A stretch of DNA of 63,511 bases, counting the filler, from Sphacelaria rigidula (Eukaryota): the NCBI GenBank assembly GCA_964200075.2. It is 7 parts of 7 records of this genome, joined end to end, with 100 filler letters (N's around TTAATTAATTAA, not from the genome) between each part and the next. Parts side by side here need not be neighbours in the genome. Positions count along the whole stretch, not along the records: positions 54,526 to 63,511 come from CAXNAA020009586.1; 6 more parts are not named here. One strand, written 5' to 3'. Positions 61,648 to 63,511 of this stretch are shown piece after piece; position 1 is the stretch's first letter; every line of letters starts with the position of its first letter. The notes under the pieces are model-generated. The model did no database searches. It saw only the letters and a program-made list of their open reading frames with translations, and had not been told where the DNA came from. The position numbers and the translations under genes were made by a program.

Positions 61648-63511
61648 GTAAGCCTCCCATCCACGCTGATAACTTGGAATGAAAACTGCCGTAGCCACTT
61701 GAATCCTTCAGGTGCAGGGCCGATGGGCTGCCCTTCGATGCCGGGATTCCCGACGCCTTGTAGCTGAGCCGCTCCTGCCTGTTTGCGAGGATGACATCCA
61801 GTCATTAGTAAAAGCTTTTGCAATCAATCGATAGGTGCTTTCCCAAGGCCTGACTCACGCGATTATACCAGACCTATTTTTTTTTTTCACGACATGAAAA
61901 AAGCAACGCGTTCTTCATTGCCATTGAATATAAAACGATGTACAAAAGGATCGATCGGCATTCGATCTCTCTGTCCGTCTGTGGCATGTGGGTGTTTTCC
62001 CCATGGCGTTCACCGATCACTCCGAACGCCGTTCGTGTTAACCCTTCGGACGTTCCTCAGCTGACGCAAGCCATCACGACCGTCGGTCACCTTTTATTTC
62101 TCTGAAAATCAGAACGGCCGCCTTGTGCTCAAAAATGCCTACATACAGACAATACGCCCACCATGAAGCACAGGAAGCACCGGATATACAGTCTACGTAG
62201 GAACTTCGTCAAAAAAGTAACACCCTTTCCCGCGGAGGCATTCTTTCGCCTATGCGTATCCTCAAATACAATGAGTCAACACTTGTTTTTTTTCAATACA
62301 TTCAACCTCAATACATGCTTTGCGTCGCTTTCCTGAGTATCATATATCGTCATGGAACGTCCCTGTTTTTGCAATTCATATTTTTAAGTACTACTGAGAC
62401 GTATCATGTCTACGAGTACCCCATCTGCGGGAGTGCCAGATTCTAGTAATGGTCAGAATAATAGAATAATGAATAAAATTCATGCTACACATCACAGCCA
62501 ACGAGCGAAGTACCGACACATGCATGGTAGCACAAAGTTGTGAGATGAAAAGGGATGGGGGCGGGGGGGGGGGGGGGGGGGAAACCTAGATGAGATTAAA
62601 AACGTGATTCGGCAGAGGTTGGTGAGTTCGTGTCGTTCAACCCGAGCTATAGTCTGGAATGGTCATCGTGCAAGAGGGCTAATCGACCTTTCGTGTTTCC
62701 TATTTTAGTGTATGGCTGTTGTCTTCATTTCGTGAGAAGAAGGGCGCTATGGCAAAAACTGGAGTTGTCCTTACATACTGGTTCTATCTGTTATAGTTTC
62801 GCGGAGTTTATCACCGATGACACATTTTTCCGCCTCGATCTTCTCCAAGCCGACGGTGTTTTTGACGTCGACATTTGGGTCGCTGCAAAGATATTTCCCG
62901 AGATTCATCTGTTTAGGGGTTTTATCCTTGAGCACGGCCTCTTCTTTCGAGAACTTGCTGGGGAAACAATTCCCTTGAGAAGGGGGGGTGGTAGTGGGGT
63001 GGAGATTGCGGGGTGTGTGCTTTCGAACCAAAACTCTGCCAGACGTGATCATGATCAGTTCGAAGTGTGGAGGTTTCTCCGTGTGAGCTCAGCTTGATAT
63101 ACGGCATGGTACGAAAGTCTAGTGGATACGGAGAATGTCATTTGGGACCCGTGTTTCGCATATTGCCCCCCACGCTCGCGTCGCCCAGCTGGTGCACCAA
63201 TAGTCGGTTACGGTGCAGAGGATTCGGGTTTCAATCTCGGAAGATACGGGTTTTCAACAGAAAATTGGCTCCTCTTCAAAAGGAGCGAGGGGAGGCGCGC
63301 GAGTAGAAAATAAAAGATTGGACATGGTGTGGGAGTGCTATCATCAGAGTAGTATCAATAGTAACGATCGAGTCCGCAATATGGTGGTTGAATGTCAGTC
63401 AGGTACGAGGGGGGAAAGGGGTGTGATTAATCACTTGAGACTACCTACTTGTCCCGAGGAAGAGGAAGGGGGGAGCGGGGGGGGGGGGGGGTGCTCAGGC
63501 TATTGGATGGG

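Noticed and set aside
62630-63097. 155-aa plus ORF or 93-aa minus ORF as a gene
   Set aside because: No recognisable domain, and strand and splice structure could not be resolved.

Overview
Repeat-rich eukaryotic genomic DNA, most likely a photosynthetic stramenopile such as a brown alga. This is inferred from TTAGGG repeats, GT-AG introns, a signal peptide followed by an 'AF' plastid-targeting motif, and a WVDD-type Ty3/Gypsy RT. The window is not one contiguous locus. It is seven fragments of 8989, 8988, 8987, 8987, 8987, 8987 and 8986 bp joined by identical 100-nt linkers (44 N + TTAATTAATTAA + 44 N), so it looks like unplaced contigs sorted by length, and adjacency across linkers carries no information. 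Content is mostly transposable elements: (1) a near full-length but stop-riddled chromodomain Ty3/Gypsy element with 92-bp terminal repeats and a GTTTGT target duplication (28997-34988); (2) a second Gypsy integrase whose C-terminus carries a chromodomain and a PWWP-like domain (9196-11073); (3) a Ngaro-like tyrosine-recombinase retrotransposon 5' half (CCCH-finger gag plus RT start), cut off by a 42-43 bp periodic CAATATATATTG array with unique spacers; (4) a long open gag-like ORF; (5) hAT and pogo transposase remnants, tRNA-derived SINEs, LINE 3' ends and many MITE/foldback elements. A few isolated host-gene exons are also visible. Most ORFs in the supplied track are spurious. All domain calls are by-eye motif recognition, not database hits.
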